A DNA stretch of 64,000 nt, taken from the IMG/VR virus record IMGVR_UViG_3300025141_000059; one strand, given 5' to 3'. Positions 45,500-55,620 of the stretch are shown piece by piece. Below the pieces are notes generated by a model, which saw nothing but the letters and a program-made list of their open reading frames with translations, was not told the DNA's origin and did not search any database. Position 1 is the first letter of the stretch. Each line of letters starts with the position of its first letter. Position numbers and translations under genes: made by a program. Source of the stretch: an uncultured virus (IMG/VR IMGVR_UViG_3300025141_000059) (lineage: Duplodnaviria > Heunggongvirae > Uroviricota > Caudoviricetes).

Positions 45500-47571
45500 T
45501 ATTTTCTGGCTTCCAGGATATCAGCCTGTTCCTCATTGATCTTCTTCATGGCCGCATCGTAGGTCTTACCTTCAGCTGTAAGCTCTCTTAGACGTCTTGC
45601 GTAGTTGAACTCTCTGTTCAATCCGGACACTTCGTAGGAGTCGATGAGTTGTCTCTCACCGATCCTGTTTCCGATCTGGTTAGCATACGTGTTCAGTGAA
45701 GAACCGATATTGGCAAGGCGTGCATTTTCAAAGCCTATTCGTCTCAAGGCCTCATCTCTGTTGCTTTGCTGAGCGAGACGTGAACCTACTCTGTTCAGTT
45801 CATCTACTTTCAATTGAGCCTCTCTGTTACCTTCATCAGCTCTCAATTGGTTCATCACATTCAGGTTACCAACCTCTGCAGCAGCCTCTCTGTCCATCTT
45901 ACCTTTTTCAACAAAAGCTCTCTGGCTGGCTGTCAATGTACTGTTTCCGCCGAAGTTTCTGGCCACGTCGATCAATGCTCTGTAATCAGAAGCACGTGTT
46001 TCTCTTGAGGTATCGCGTACCTGACCTGCGTGAACCGGCTGTGTAGACACCTGGGTGTATTTGATAGGAGCAACTCGCTTATTCTTCTGTCCAAGGAGTG
46101 TGGCCAGATTGACACCCATACCTATTGTATCCATAATGGCTCCCTCATTACCGTATATAAGTTTTCCGAACTTGCTTCTTTCCAACGGGGCTTTCGGAGT
46201 TCGCTTCTTTGTGTTCTTTCCTAGCTGATTCATTCCCGGGAGATACGTATTTCCTAACGCATGACCTATTGACAATAAGTACGCACGCTGCTGCGCTGGA
46301 GTGAGTGTTGGTGCTGCACCACCCGGAGTTCCCCCCTGGTACTTTGCAAGTCCGCCACTGGTCTGCTTCTGAGGAGTTCTTCCTGCAGCAGTTTCCTGCA
46401 TATCTCTCAATCTGTCGATGATGTGGTCTGGAGCATTGTGTGCTGACAATCTATCATACATCTCTGCGAACGATATCTGTGTACCTGGTGCATTGGGATC
46501 CTCCATTTTCAGGTGATCTGACCATACGTAATCATTCGGTCCCAGGCGGATATCTGCTCCACCTTTCCTGGACTCGTGAGTACCTGCAGAATCTGGGATC
46601 TTGACGTCCGGTTGGATACCTGGTCTCTCTATCGTCTCCCTTGCCTCAACGTTTGCGTTCGGCCGTGGACCCGAAACAGGTCCAGCAGGCCCTCCTGTCC
46701 TGTATCGTCTTGGTTGTGCGTAAGTATTCCCTCTATCTGCAAAGTCCATATATCCAGGCATTCCTCCGTAAGGACGCCTCATTTCTTTCTGATTTTGGAG
46801 GAGGTAAGAATCTGCCAGGTCTCCGCTTAGGGTCCCCCAGGGACCATTGGAAAGTCTCCCACGGTTCTTCTGCCTCATTCTTTGTACCCCATCAAGGCGG
46901 TTAGCGGCCTGGTCATTACCAAGTTTCACACCACGCCTAGTGTCGCGCATGGCGTCCTTAAGGTCCTTTCCGTACTTACCGTGTTTCACACCTTCGGACA
47001 CTGCGACCATAGTACCTCCTGCTGCCAAAGGTATCCATGCAAGTGGTCCCCATGCAGCTGAGGTTGATGCTAATGTAGATCCAACAGTGGAAGCTATTGT
47101 AGAATCCCGCATCCCTCTCTTGGCCTTCTTTATCCTAGCTTGTTGCTCTGGTGTCGGACCTCCACTCATTTCTGGCATCTCTCCAGTGGCTGCATCTGCT
47201 ATGGGCCCAACCATGTTTGATGCAGCATTGATTGCTGATCCAGCTGCACTACCTGCAGATTTTCCTCCAGGGCTTGGATCAGCATCGTTTCCTACTTCCA
47301 TGTTCACTGTAGGTGCCTGTGGCTGCTGCCCCATTCCAAGTTCACCTGCCCTTGAGGTGTATTGAAATTGGGGTTGACCTTGACCATACAAGTTTGAAAG
47401 TTGATTGTTTCCAATCTGAATGGAGTTACCAGGTTGGGTGTTCCCGTACATGTCTGTCATCCTACCATAATTGGAATTATTGGTCCCGTAGTCAAAACCC
47501 TGTTGCCCGGAAGTACCCAACTGGTACTTAGGCAGCTTTCTGTTTCTGTAACTTCTGAGTCGTGTTTTCAT
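45499..47571 (-). CDS. Putative internal virion protein (690 aa) with K/R-Y-x-x-G(G) motifs
   Basis: Motifs KYQLG, RYRTGG, KYQGG and GTHE..GG; G/Q/N-rich with a hydrophobic segment; follows the muzzle gene. Confidence 0.75.
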   Translation of the reverse strand: MKTRLRSYRNRKLPKYQLGTSGQQGFDYGTNNSNYGRMTDMYGNTQPGNSIQIGNNQLSNLYGQGQPQFQYTSRAGELGMGQQPQAPTVNMEVGNDADPSPGGKSAGSAAGSAINAASNMVGPIADAATGEMPEMSGGPTPEQQARIKKAKRGMRDSTIASTVGSTLASTSAAWGPLAWIPLAAGGTMVAVSEGVKHGKYGKDLKDAMRDTRRGVKLGNDQAANRLDGVQRMRQKNRGRLSNGPWGTLSGDLADSYLLQNQKEMRRPYGGMPGYMDFADRGNTYAQPRRYRTGGPAGPVSGPRPNANVEARETIERPGIQPDVKIPDSAGTHESRKGGADIRLGPNDYVWSDHLKMEDPNAPGTQISFAEMYDRLSAHNAPDHIIDRLRDMQETAAGRTPQKQTSGGLAKYQGGTPGGAAPTLTPAQQRAYLLSIGHALGNTYLPGMNQLGKNTKKRTPKAPLERSKFGKLIYGNEGAIMDTIGMGVNLATLLGQKNKRVAPIKYTQVSTQPVHAGQVRDTSRETRASDYRALIDVARNFGGNSTLTASQRAFVEKGKMDREAAAEVGNLNVMNQLRADEGNREAQLKVDELNRVGSRLAQQSNRDEALRRIGFENARLANIGSSLNTYANQIGNRIGERQLIDSYEVSGLNREFNYARRLRELTAEGKTYDAAMKKINEEQADILEARK

Positions 47572-50500
47572 CGGTGGAACTTTCTTAAGTTAGTTGTGGT
47601 GTTGTACAAATTTATCAAATTGTTGTCAGCATTGTCTGACGTGAGACGGATTGCGAAGAATCTGTCAATGAATTTACCTTGGGTATTCCAAGGCTTTGCA
47701 GGGTCAATGTAGGCCGGGTTGAACGTTTCGTACATACCACTCACATTGAACATATTCTCACTCACATTCGTCACTGTCCCAGTATTCTGGCCACCTACAA
47801 CGTTGGGACCTGGCTGGGTATAATAAGGGGATGCATCCACCTGCTCTGCAGACATATCTCTGAAGCCTTTGATGTGCCACGCAGACTTCATCTTACGTAG
47901 ATTGTTCAGATACTCCAATGGAGTAGGTCCTGAGGCAGCATCACTTGTGAATACGTTGAATGAGGTGAATCCTGCATTCAGTATCTGGCGGGTGTGCTTT
48001 CCTTCACCCGGGCTGTAGGCCAGAACATCAACAAGGATACTGAAGCTGGAGTAGAGCTTATCAATTCCGTTCGCATCATTGTGAACCATCTCAACCTCAA
48101 AGTCGTACTTGTTCCCGTAGAACCTTGACATATCAGCAAAGTTGGTGTGGGACCAGATCTCTCTGCTTCCGTCAGCATATGAAAGAACGTCAACTCCAAA
48201 AGCAGTGTAGTGGTATGGGTGGTAATCATGGAAACCTTCCCAGTGACCCACCCTACCTGACTGTTGAGGCGGAGTAATTGCAAATGATATCGTCCAACTG
48301 TCTCTTTCAAGATATTCTCCTTCTTCCAATGGAAGCGGTACTACTGTAACAACTGGTTCTACGTGAGTAGATACTCCTATCATCAGAACACCGTCCTGAA
48401 TAAATATGGCTCCAGCAGTAATAGAGTGCCCTCCTGCTTCTGTGATGAAATTGTCAATGAACAGCTGGGTCGGTTTAAGATCTCTTTTTGTGAAGATAAC
48501 CCTACTATAGTTCTCGTCCCAGACAGAGACGTAGCCCATGCCTACAATAGGATCATCGATCTTGCCGTTGAATCCGTAGGCCTCGAGTGCGTACGGAAGA
48601 TTTTCTTTCAACCAACGGCTCATTCCGTACTTGTCTGATGACAGGCTCTCAACGCTCTGTCCTATCAGGAACACATTTCTCTTGATGTTGTCGATGCAGA
48701 AATATCCGTGCGGTGTGACAACTCCTGCAAACTGAGACCGGGTACCCATGTATCCAGCATCAGTTTGCCTTAGTTCGTCTGGTGCCTGTTCCAGTATATC
48801 TCCTGCTCCGATGAATGCTTCCCCACCTGAGGATGTCTTCATTCGTTGCTTACCCTTGGTCATGTAGATGCTGTCCTCCATGTGGAACAGGAGGATATTA
48901 TTCATGGCCACTATCTTCCAGAGGTCTCCGCGGTCATTGTTCAGACTCTTGACCTGGTCAGTAACGAACTGTCGGTAGTTATCCACCAGTGATATTGCAG
49001 AGGCCTTATTGGATCTCACGATGTCGACCTTGAAGTTCTCAGACTGCTTGAGTTGCCAAGGTAGGGGTGTTATGAACTTCACGTTATTCACACTCGAGTA
49101 GTCCTCGTTGTACTTCAACTTGCCCCCCTCTTCTCCGGTGGAATTATCATTCAGGTCATTATCTGCCTTTACTTCCAAGACATCGGAGAGAGGTGCTCCA
49201 GGGAAGTATGGGAACTCTTTATCTTCAATATGTCGGAAATTGATATTTTCTGTGCATTCAACTATTGAGAAAATAACAGATTTGTAATCTCGGGCCAGTG
49301 TAAGCTCTCCGTGGTCCTCCTTGTCCCACTCCGCTCTATGCGTAATTCTGTTACCGTAGCGTGCCAGGTAAGTGTCTCCCCCGAAGATGGCAGCTGTATG
49401 GAATTGAGGTTGTGCCACTGCCGGGGTACCGTCTTCCTCTACAACGTAGTTCTCGAAGAATTCCCCGGTCACCTCAAATCCTGTCCACACCAGGTCCTGT
49501 ACATCCACTGGATCGTAGACATCTGTCTTCAGAGCTTTGAGGTTGGCTATGTGGAGCATCAATCCATTTGCCTTATCCTCAAAAGAGTCCGTGTACCCCT
49601 CAAAGGATGATCCGGATTTATCAGAACGAAGCTTTCTCCAGTCCGCCTGTTCATCACATGGCAGGTAAGGAATGAACCTTTCTGTCTTCAAAGCTATGTG
49701 GGTTTCACCACCAATGTTGTAGATATGCCGTTCAAAGCCCTCATCCTTACCCTTGTAAATGGAGTTTCCTGGAATATAGGCCTTTGCCTTATCGTATAAC
49801 TGGAAGTTTCGTCTGTTGAGTTCGTTACCAGCATCATCGTATCCGTAGAATCTGTGGTAATCACCGCCCATGTGAAATGATGTACGAACCTGAGGCTTCC
49901 AACAGCTATATACCGTGTCTCCTTGTGGGTCGAGGCTGTTCTCCTCAGCATCCTTATAATACTTTACCGTACCCTTGAAGTTCAACATTCCCACGGAGTA
50001 CTGCAATTTGACGTGCGTCGCTGGAGAGAGCTCGTGTCTTCTGTTCAACAGATAGAAATCGTGGAAGCCGTGCACTATAGCGGGAAATGGAAACTTGGTT
50101 CTCACAGGTTGTCCTGCAGGAAGCCAATAATCCTCGATTCCTATATGCTCACCACCACCATCACATCCGCTTGGATCAACCTCATCCACATGTGCCATCC
50201 CGTGCAGAGGTGCCTGTCCCAGAACTGTTCTGTTGTGGTGTTCTCTATCTGCTCTGTAAATCCTGAAACCCTGAACCTTATCAGCTATGGATCTTGGTAC
50301 CTTGAGATCGTCCAGGTTAAATCCAAGAGCCCGTACGCTGTGATCTACAGTTGTCTCTCCGAGAAGAGCGCTTTCACATTCCACCCAGCATACCCATCCT
50401 GGACGAGGTTTCAACCAGTTCCAATCAGGTTTGTTCTCAGCACTCGGTTCCCAATCGCCTGAAGCATAAGTGAATTCTATGCTATTTCCATTCACGTCAT

Positions 50501-52643
50501 CCAGGTGGCATGCGAACGCTCTTGAGCAATGCCAGTCCTGAGGATTAAAGTGATGGGCGCTGGGGGCATCCCACCCAACATACATCGGCAATCCGTGAAT
50601 GGGGGGTGGATGAGGATCGTATTCGAATTTTATCTGGTCATAAGAAGTGATCGCACATCCGAAGTGTTCTTGTATAAGTGAGAGGGTTATACGAGTGCTA
50701 TGCACAGGAGTACATGATGTCACGTGCCGGAAAGTACCGTCAGGTGGACCTGCATTTGGATCAATGGAATGCTCAGGGTGGTTGTTCGTGTTGTTTCCAG
50801 AACCACCCATACCATCCACACAGCCCTCGTTTTCCTGGAACGTACGTGCTCCGTCAAAGTCATTTTCTCCTGCCCACTGGCCTATCAATACATGCGGGTT
50901 ATTGCTTGTATTGTCGTAGGTGTTAACCCCTCCCATCCAGTACCAGTGGACTACGGCCGTCTTCTCTGGATTAACGACAACATCCTCGATGTTCGCCTCA
51001 TATATGGAGCTGTAGTCAGGGTTATCATTTGACGGAAATCTGTGGTGACGTACGTTCTCTCCACGAAGTGATGGCAATGGTATTGAACCTGTAGGGTCCT
51101 CAGCATCCACAACATCGAAGTCTTCAGTATCAGGGTAGAACTCATTCAGGTTCTTCCAAAAGTTCATGTTCCTTCCTTCAGCGATACCTGTATTGGAAAA
51201 GTCGTACCAGTGAAAGAAGTATGATAATTCTTCCGTGGTAACGTTGATCAATCCCCAGTCCGGATCAGTGGTCTCCCACATACGTTGGTCCTCATTGATC
51301 GTTGGGTCAGTAACTCCAAGCCTGTCATTGATAGCCCCTACTGGTACATTCTCCAAAGCCGGTCTACCAGGGATGTGGTAAGCGTAACTCATGGATCCGT
51401 CCTTCATGATGAAAGCGATATACAGTGCGTATACCTCTTCACGCATGTACCCCATGTAATCGAAGATGTTATTGGCGTACCTGTACCCGTTGTCGATAGG
51501 AACCTCGACCTCCACTTTCTTTTTCTCCAGGTTGTCTTTGGATACTACGAATGGGTCGAAGTGCTCGAACCGTTTTACCCGCGGCCTCACCGTAATGAAG
51601 TTGGCGTACTTCTGATATCCTATATCGATGTAGTTCTTCATGTTGCCCATGTACAGGGCATTGTCCAATTGAACTATGGTCTTGGCAGATGTGAATCTCA
51701 CATTGTCAATCAGAAGGTCTTCTGCAGACGAACTCATGTAACTCGAGTCTCCAGAGAATACAACAGGGAAACTGTCTCTGTTGCTGATCTCAATATTCTT
51801 TGTGCGGACCCCTACGAACAGGCCTTCACTTCTCTGGATGACAGCAACGGTGAGGAACTTCTTACCTGTGTTGATGTTGGACACATTCCAGGTAAGGGAT
51901 TTACCAGTGATCACATTCCCAGGAGAGCCATCATAACTCTCTATAGGGTTCACATTCTCAACGTCGTCCACTACCGGTACCGGATTCGCTATTGTGACGA
52001 AGTCTGTCTCCACCAGGTCGTCATCCGTATACCCGAGACACAGATAATACATGCCTGTTTTACAGCCTCCGCCCATCACCACTTCCTTGAATTCCACATG
52101 CGGTACAGGTCCTGCGTGAGGAAACAGGTTCAATTCGTCGATGGCTTTCGTGTCCGGGGACTGTGAAAGATGGTTTCCGTATAACTTATTTACAGCGCTT
52201 TCTTTCTGTCTTGTGACATTAAGGGCTCTTGGTGGGTTCAGGTCATCAACCCAATATATCATCAGATCCCCATTGGCCTGAAACTTGAACTCTGCTTCTA
52301 TCGGGTTATGAACATTGAACTTAAGGTCAGTGTCATTTACTGTTGAAAGAGCAGGGTTGAACAGCGCACTGTAATTCCCTCCTTCAAGTATACCTATCTC
52401 AGAACGATCATCACGCTTAAGGAAGTAGATGATGCTTCCGTCCGTAATAGGGAGTGAGCCGATCGCGATGGAATTCGGCGGCAGTTGCTCTATGGACTCT
52501 GTCCCCTGCTCGTTCGTGATGGAATTATCGACCTGATTCGATACAGTGTTTCGGGCATACCGAACCGTACCAGGTGGCTGGTCAAGACGAGATGTATCCT
52601 TGTGCATTCCCAGGATGTAGCGTAAGATCCCTCTCTCAGCCAT
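47568..52643 (-). CDS. Tail stabilisation / muzzle protein (P22 gp10-like, crAss-type)
   Basis: N-terminal GMHKD..QPPGTVRYARN, YWVDDLNPPRALN, IFGGDTY and SWTISF...HDY; position just before the cargo genes. Confidence 0.85.
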   Translation of the reverse strand: MAERGILRYILGMHKDTSRLDQPPGTVRYARNTVSNQVDNSITNEQGTESIEQLPPNSIAIGSLPITDGSIIYFLKRDDRSEIGILEGGNYSALFNPALSTVNDTDLKFNVHNPIEAEFKFQANGDLMIYWVDDLNPPRALNVTRQKESAVNKLYGNHLSQSPDTKAIDELNLFPHAGPVPHVEFKEVVMGGGCKTGMYYLCLGYTDDDLVETDFVTIANPVPVVDDVENVNPIESYDGSPGNVITGKSLTWNVSNINTGKKFLTVAVIQRSEGLFVGVRTKNIEISNRDSFPVVFSGDSSYMSSSAEDLLIDNVRFTSAKTIVQLDNALYMGNMKNYIDIGYQKYANFITVRPRVKRFEHFDPFVVSKDNLEKKKVEVEVPIDNGYRYANNIFDYMGYMREEVYALYIAFIMKDGSMSYAYHIPGRPALENVPVGAINDRLGVTDPTINEDQRMWETTDPDWGLINVTTEELSYFFHWYDFSNTGIAEGRNMNFWKNLNEFYPDTEDFDVVDAEDPTGSIPLPSLRGENVRHHRFPSNDNPDYSSIYEANIEDVVVNPEKTAVVHWYWMGGVNTYDNTSNNPHVLIGQWAGENDFDGARTFQENEGCVDGMGGSGNNTNNHPEHSIDPNAGPPDGTFRHVTSCTPVHSTRITLSLIQEHFGCAITSYDQIKFEYDPHPPPIHGLPMYVGWDAPSAHHFNPQDWHCSRAFACHLDDVNGNSIEFTYASGDWEPSAENKPDWNWLKPRPGWVCWVECESALLGETTVDHSVRALGFNLDDLKVPRSIADKVQGFRIYRADREHHNRTVLGQAPLHGMAHVDEVDPSGCDGGGEHIGIEDYWLPAGQPVRTKFPFPAIVHGFHDFYLLNRRHELSPATHVKLQYSVGMLNFKGTVKYYKDAEENSLDPQGDTVYSCWKPQVRTSFHMGGDYHRFYGYDDAGNELNRRNFQLYDKAKAYIPGNSIYKGKDEGFERHIYNIGGETHIALKTERFIPYLPCDEQADWRKLRSDKSGSSFEGYTDSFEDKANGLMLHIANLKALKTDVYDPVDVQDLVWTGFEVTGEFFENYVVEEDGTPAVAQPQFHTAAIFGGDTYLARYGNRITHRAEWDKEDHGELTLARDYKSVIFSIVECTENINFRHIEDKEFPYFPGAPLSDVLEVKADNDLNDNSTGEEGGKLKYNEDYSSVNNVKFITPLPWQLKQSENFKVDIVRSNKASAISLVDNYRQFVTDQVKSLNNDRGDLWKIVAMNNILLFHMEDSIYMTKGKQRMKTSSGGEAFIGAGDILEQAPDELRQTDAGYMGTRSQFAGVVTPHGYFCIDNIKRNVFLIGQSVESLSSDKYGMSRWLKENLPYALEAYGFNGKIDDPIVGMGYVSVWDENYSRVIFTKRDLKPTQLFIDNFITEAGGHSITAGAIFIQDGVLMIGVSTHVEPVVTVVPLPLEEGEYLERDSWTISFAITPPQQSGRVGHWEGFHDYHPYHYTAFGVDVLSYADGSREIWSHTNFADMSRFYGNKYDFEVEMVHNDANGIDKLYSSFSILVDVLAYSPGEGKHTRQILNAGFTSFNVFTSDAASGPTPLEYLNNLRKMKSAWHIKGFRDMSAEQVDASPYYTQPGPNVVGGQNTGTVTNVSENMFNVSGMYETFNPAYIDPAKPWNTQGKFIDRFFAIRLTSDNADNNLINLYNTTTNLRKFHR

Positions 52644-53611
52644 TAATAATTATCTCTTTGGAACTCTTCTCGAGTATTCAGGTCCTGGTAGAACGTAATG
52701 TCTCTGTTCAAGTTCGGTGTAAGTCTCACCCATTGATCCATAAAGCTTTCTGCACGTGGAAGATCAGGATAATTTGCTGCGTTCCTTGCTTGGGTGCAGT
52801 AGTTCAACCACTGACCATGTGCTGCTTCATAACCAATTGCCGTGTTCTTAAAGACCACTCCCTGTAGGAGCATCTTCTTATATACGTACCAGAACATTGC
52901 CTCTCTGTAAGAGATGTCGTCCGGAATCATTGGCCAACAGTTCTCGTCGAGTGGAAATGCTTTGTATGAAACGCAGATCTGTCCAGAGGCAAATGATGTC
53001 TTGAACACACCGCAATCAACCACATATGTAGCCTTGTAGCTTGAATATTCGTTCACACATTCATCGCAATGCATGCCGTGATTAAAGGTCCCGCTTCCAT
53101 ACTGAAGGTTGACCATGCAAGACCCATCAGAAGGAAAGTACTGGCTCTGAAGGACTGCAAGTTGCGAGTTAATGTCTCTGAGCTGATTCAGGGTTGTAGA
53201 GTGGTAACTGTCGAAGTCCTCGAGATCATCCGGCGTGAGAGATGAATTATAGGTCCCATTTCCAGACAGCGTAACGCTTTCAGTTACTTGGGCATAGTAT
53301 ACAGCAAGGTCATCTTGCAGTGCTTTCTGTTGCCGGAGGATCTCATCCATGGTCTCTGTAGTAGCAGGGGTCACGCACGTGTTCACTGCAACAGAGTCGA
53401 TGTAGTATAGATCACCAGGAAGGCATCCCCTATGATCACTGATGTTGATCACAGCATGCTTGGTGCATAACTGTGAACTGGCCCCAATGTGTTCGAGGGC
53501 TTCCCCGAACCATTCTACTGCGTCATGGATGAAATTGGTAGACGCCGGTTGAAGATCGCGTAATATCTTCCGAATGACCTGTTTGCTGGATACATGTTTA
53601 TAAGTTGCCAT
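52643..53611 (-). CDS. Tail ring / tubular protein
   Basis: SSKQVIRKILRDL..EW.GEALE.IG and DEN..PMIPD; canonical position before the muzzle gene. Confidence 0.75.
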   Translation of the reverse strand: MATYKHVSSKQVIRKILRDLQPASTNFIHDAVEWFGEALEHIGASSQLCTKHAVINISDHRGCLPGDLYYIDSVAVNTCVTPATTETMDEILRQQKALQDDLAVYYAQVTESVTLSGNGTYNSSLTPDDLEDFDSYHSTTLNQLRDINSQLAVLQSQYFPSDGSCMVNLQYGSGTFNHGMHCDECVNEYSSYKATYVVDCGVFKTSFASGQICVSYKAFPLDENCWPMIPDDISYREAMFWYVYKKMLLQGVVFKNTAIGYEAAHGQWLNYCTQARNAANYPDLPRAESFMDQWVRLTPNLNRDITFYQDLNTREEFQRDNY

Positions 53612-54092
53612 CGTATGATCTAAATCTTAGATATGCAAGATCGTCATTTTTTATCAATGCGGTCAAACGCTCTTTCGGACTCTTTCCATTTATCCCCCTT
53701 GCAGGGTCGAATCTGTACACGGATTTGTTCTTAACCATGCACTTGTCCTTGAACCATCTGAACCTGAAATACCTTTCATCAGTAAAGTATACGATCCATT
53801 TCTCTCCTTTCCCTGTCTCCTCATTATAAAGTTCCTTCCCTCCCGCAAGAATTTCCTCCTTCAATTTATTTGACGTTCCCCAATCAGGCATATTAATGGC
53901 CGGGTCCCGCTTTCGCCTCCAGATACTCAGGGTGGAGAGTTTGTTCTTCATCTGAAGAGTTCCTCCTTGAAGCAAGTGTTCCAGTATCTCCCGGTTGAAC
54001 CTTAGGAGAATACTCTTGAACATGTCATATTCTACGGGCTCAACCGTAGTCGTCAAGTAAGTATTATAGATCTTTCTGATTCCACTAACCAC
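53598..54092 (-). CDS. crAss-like IHF-related protein
   Basis: Basic protein with PDWG.SNK...VYFTD..Y.RF.W.K...Y.F.P.R, lying between ring genes. GTG start inferred. Confidence 0.65.
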   Translation of the reverse strand: MVSGIRKIYNTYLTTTVEPVEYDMFKSILLRFNREILEHLLQGGTLQMKNKLSTLSIWRRKRDPAINMPDWGTSNKLKEEILAGGKELYNEETGKGEKWIVYFTDERYFRFRWFKDKCMVKNKSVYRFDPARGINGKSPKERLTALIKNDDLAYLRFRSYDGNL

Positions 54093-54789
54093 CTGCTCCT
54101 GCTTTCTGTCCCGGCTGTGGCATGTGCTGATCCTCGAGGGTGTCATTCTCCGTATCGGAGACCGTACTGCTCACAAGCGCGAGTGTTCCTTTCAAGATCC
54201 CGTCAGTTATGCCCTGGACAAGATCCAGTGGCATCGGAAAGTCGCCATCAGAATCGTAGCAGGACTGTCCGCCGCAATCGAATTTAGCAACCTCCTCAGG
54301 GTCTTCGAAGATACCTCTCACATTCACCACATCCATGCCGTCGGCATTATAGATGTAGAGGTAGTCCTCTATCATATATCCTTTCTTCTCATTCTTGGTG
54401 AACCTGTCATGAGGAAGGAACTGTACCGTATTCGAGGCCACCAGTGGGATGGTGTTGATCCCGGTCACATCAGTGAGACTTGTGATGGCCTCGTTGTAGT
54501 TGAACCTGATCGTTCTCGGTAGTTTCAATTTGGTCCGTGATACTGCACATTCCACTGGGAGGTGACAGCATTGAGACGCGTTCACACGCTCGAGATCAAG
54601 GCATCCCAGGTCCTGCTCCACATGTCGTGTGAATATGCCATTTCTCTGAAAGTCCCGTCTTAGAAGCAGCGCACGGTAATGTTTCACATTGAACATGATC
54701 TGCTTAAGCGGGATATGCTCATTGTTCGTGGAACGCCCACCTCTGTAAGCGTTCAGGATATTGTACGATATTTCTTTCAGTGATGCCAT
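54085..54789 (-). CDS. Tail ring protein
   Basis: YRALL..RD, YLYIYN, VRGIFEDP and FPMP patterns typical of crAss-like ring proteins. Confidence 0.7.
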   Translation of the reverse strand: MASLKEISYNILNAYRGGRSTNNEHIPLKQIMFNVKHYRALLLRRDFQRNGIFTRHVEQDLGCLDLERVNASQCCHLPVECAVSRTKLKLPRTIRFNYNEAITSLTDVTGINTIPLVASNTVQFLPHDRFTKNEKKGYMIEDYLYIYNADGMDVVNVRGIFEDPEEVAKFDCGGQSCYDSDGDFPMPLDLVQGITDGILKGTLALVSSTVSDTENDTLEDQHMPQPGQKAGAGG

Positions 54790-55151
54790 TATGGTAGATC
54801 CCAGAAAGCTACTTCAGCAATACAGGGTGCAGTATCGGCAAGAGCCTCCGTTGTAACTCCGGCATTGGCAAAGAACAACACAAACTCACCCGGTTCAATC
54901 TGTTGGGTCACAATGGGACCGGCTGTTTGGATCTTAATGAAGTTCGTAGTATCAAGGTTCTTGAAATATACAAGACGCCTTGCTGTACCACTGCCAAGGG
55001 TTGTCGGAGTTACCAGATCTACTGTGGCTCTTCCTATCCCTGTCCATGCGCCTCCTGGATCGACTGCGATACTGTGCGATAGGAGCACTGATAGCTTATC
55101 GCTTCCAACGGTCGAGCTGGTGAGTTTGAGTTGTGCTTTTATTGTTGCCAT
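54789..55151 (-). CDS. Small beta-rich structural protein
   Basis: YFKNLDTTNFI...PGEF; TAATG coupling. Confidence 0.7.
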   Translation of the reverse strand: MATIKAQLKLTSSTVGSDKLSVLLSHSIAVDPGGAWTGIGRATVDLVTPTTLGSGTARRLVYFKNLDTTNFIKIQTAGPIVTQQIEPGEFVLFFANAGVTTEALADTAPCIAEVAFWDLP

Positions 55152-55155
55152 TGTC

Positions 55156-55584
55156 TTAGTGGATTATTGATTTGATCGACATATACTGTCGAGCCGTCAT
55201 TGTGTGCGGCAGGATAGCTTTTGGGATCTTCCTCAGTTTAAGTTCACATCTCTCTTTCAGCATCATGTCGACAACGGCAAGAGCTTTATTTCTCTCAGCT
55301 ACTATCTCTGGATGCATTTCTTCAAATTCTTTCTGCTTGATCGGGTCATTCTGTGCAAACTCGTGCATCCTCATGACGAACTCCTCAAGCTCTGGAGTTG
55401 GTTTTATAATCTTGTCCAGAGGGCGTGTGACCTCAGAAATGGTCTCAATGTTCTCAGTTACGATCACTGCAAATTTCAGACCTTGCAGATCCTGTACACT
55501 GTACAATCCCTGTAATAGATTTACCTGGTCCTGTAGGGTTACCTCTTCTGTTACTTCCGGTGGCATTTCAATTGTTTTATTCAT
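55156..55584 (-). CDS. Helical hypothetical protein (possible fibre chaperone)
   Basis: Follows the fibre genes and has its own promoter box. Confidence 0.65.
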   Translation of the reverse strand: MNKTIEMPPEVTEEVTLQDQVNLLQGLYSVQDLQGLKFAVIVTENIETISEVTRPLDKIIKPTPELEEFVMRMHEFAQNDPIKQKEFEEMHPEIVAERNKALAVVDMMLKERCELKLRKIPKAILPHTMTARQYMSIKSIIH

Positions 55585-55608
55585 GATTTTTTATTATAGG
55601 TTAAGGAA

Positions 55609-55616
55609 CAAATATA
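55609..55616 (-). promoter_or_regulatory. Bacteroidota-type -7 box (TATATTTG)
   Basis: CAAATATA on +, about 25 nt upstream of the ATG at 55584. Confidence 0.55.
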
Positions 55617-55620
55617 GCCA

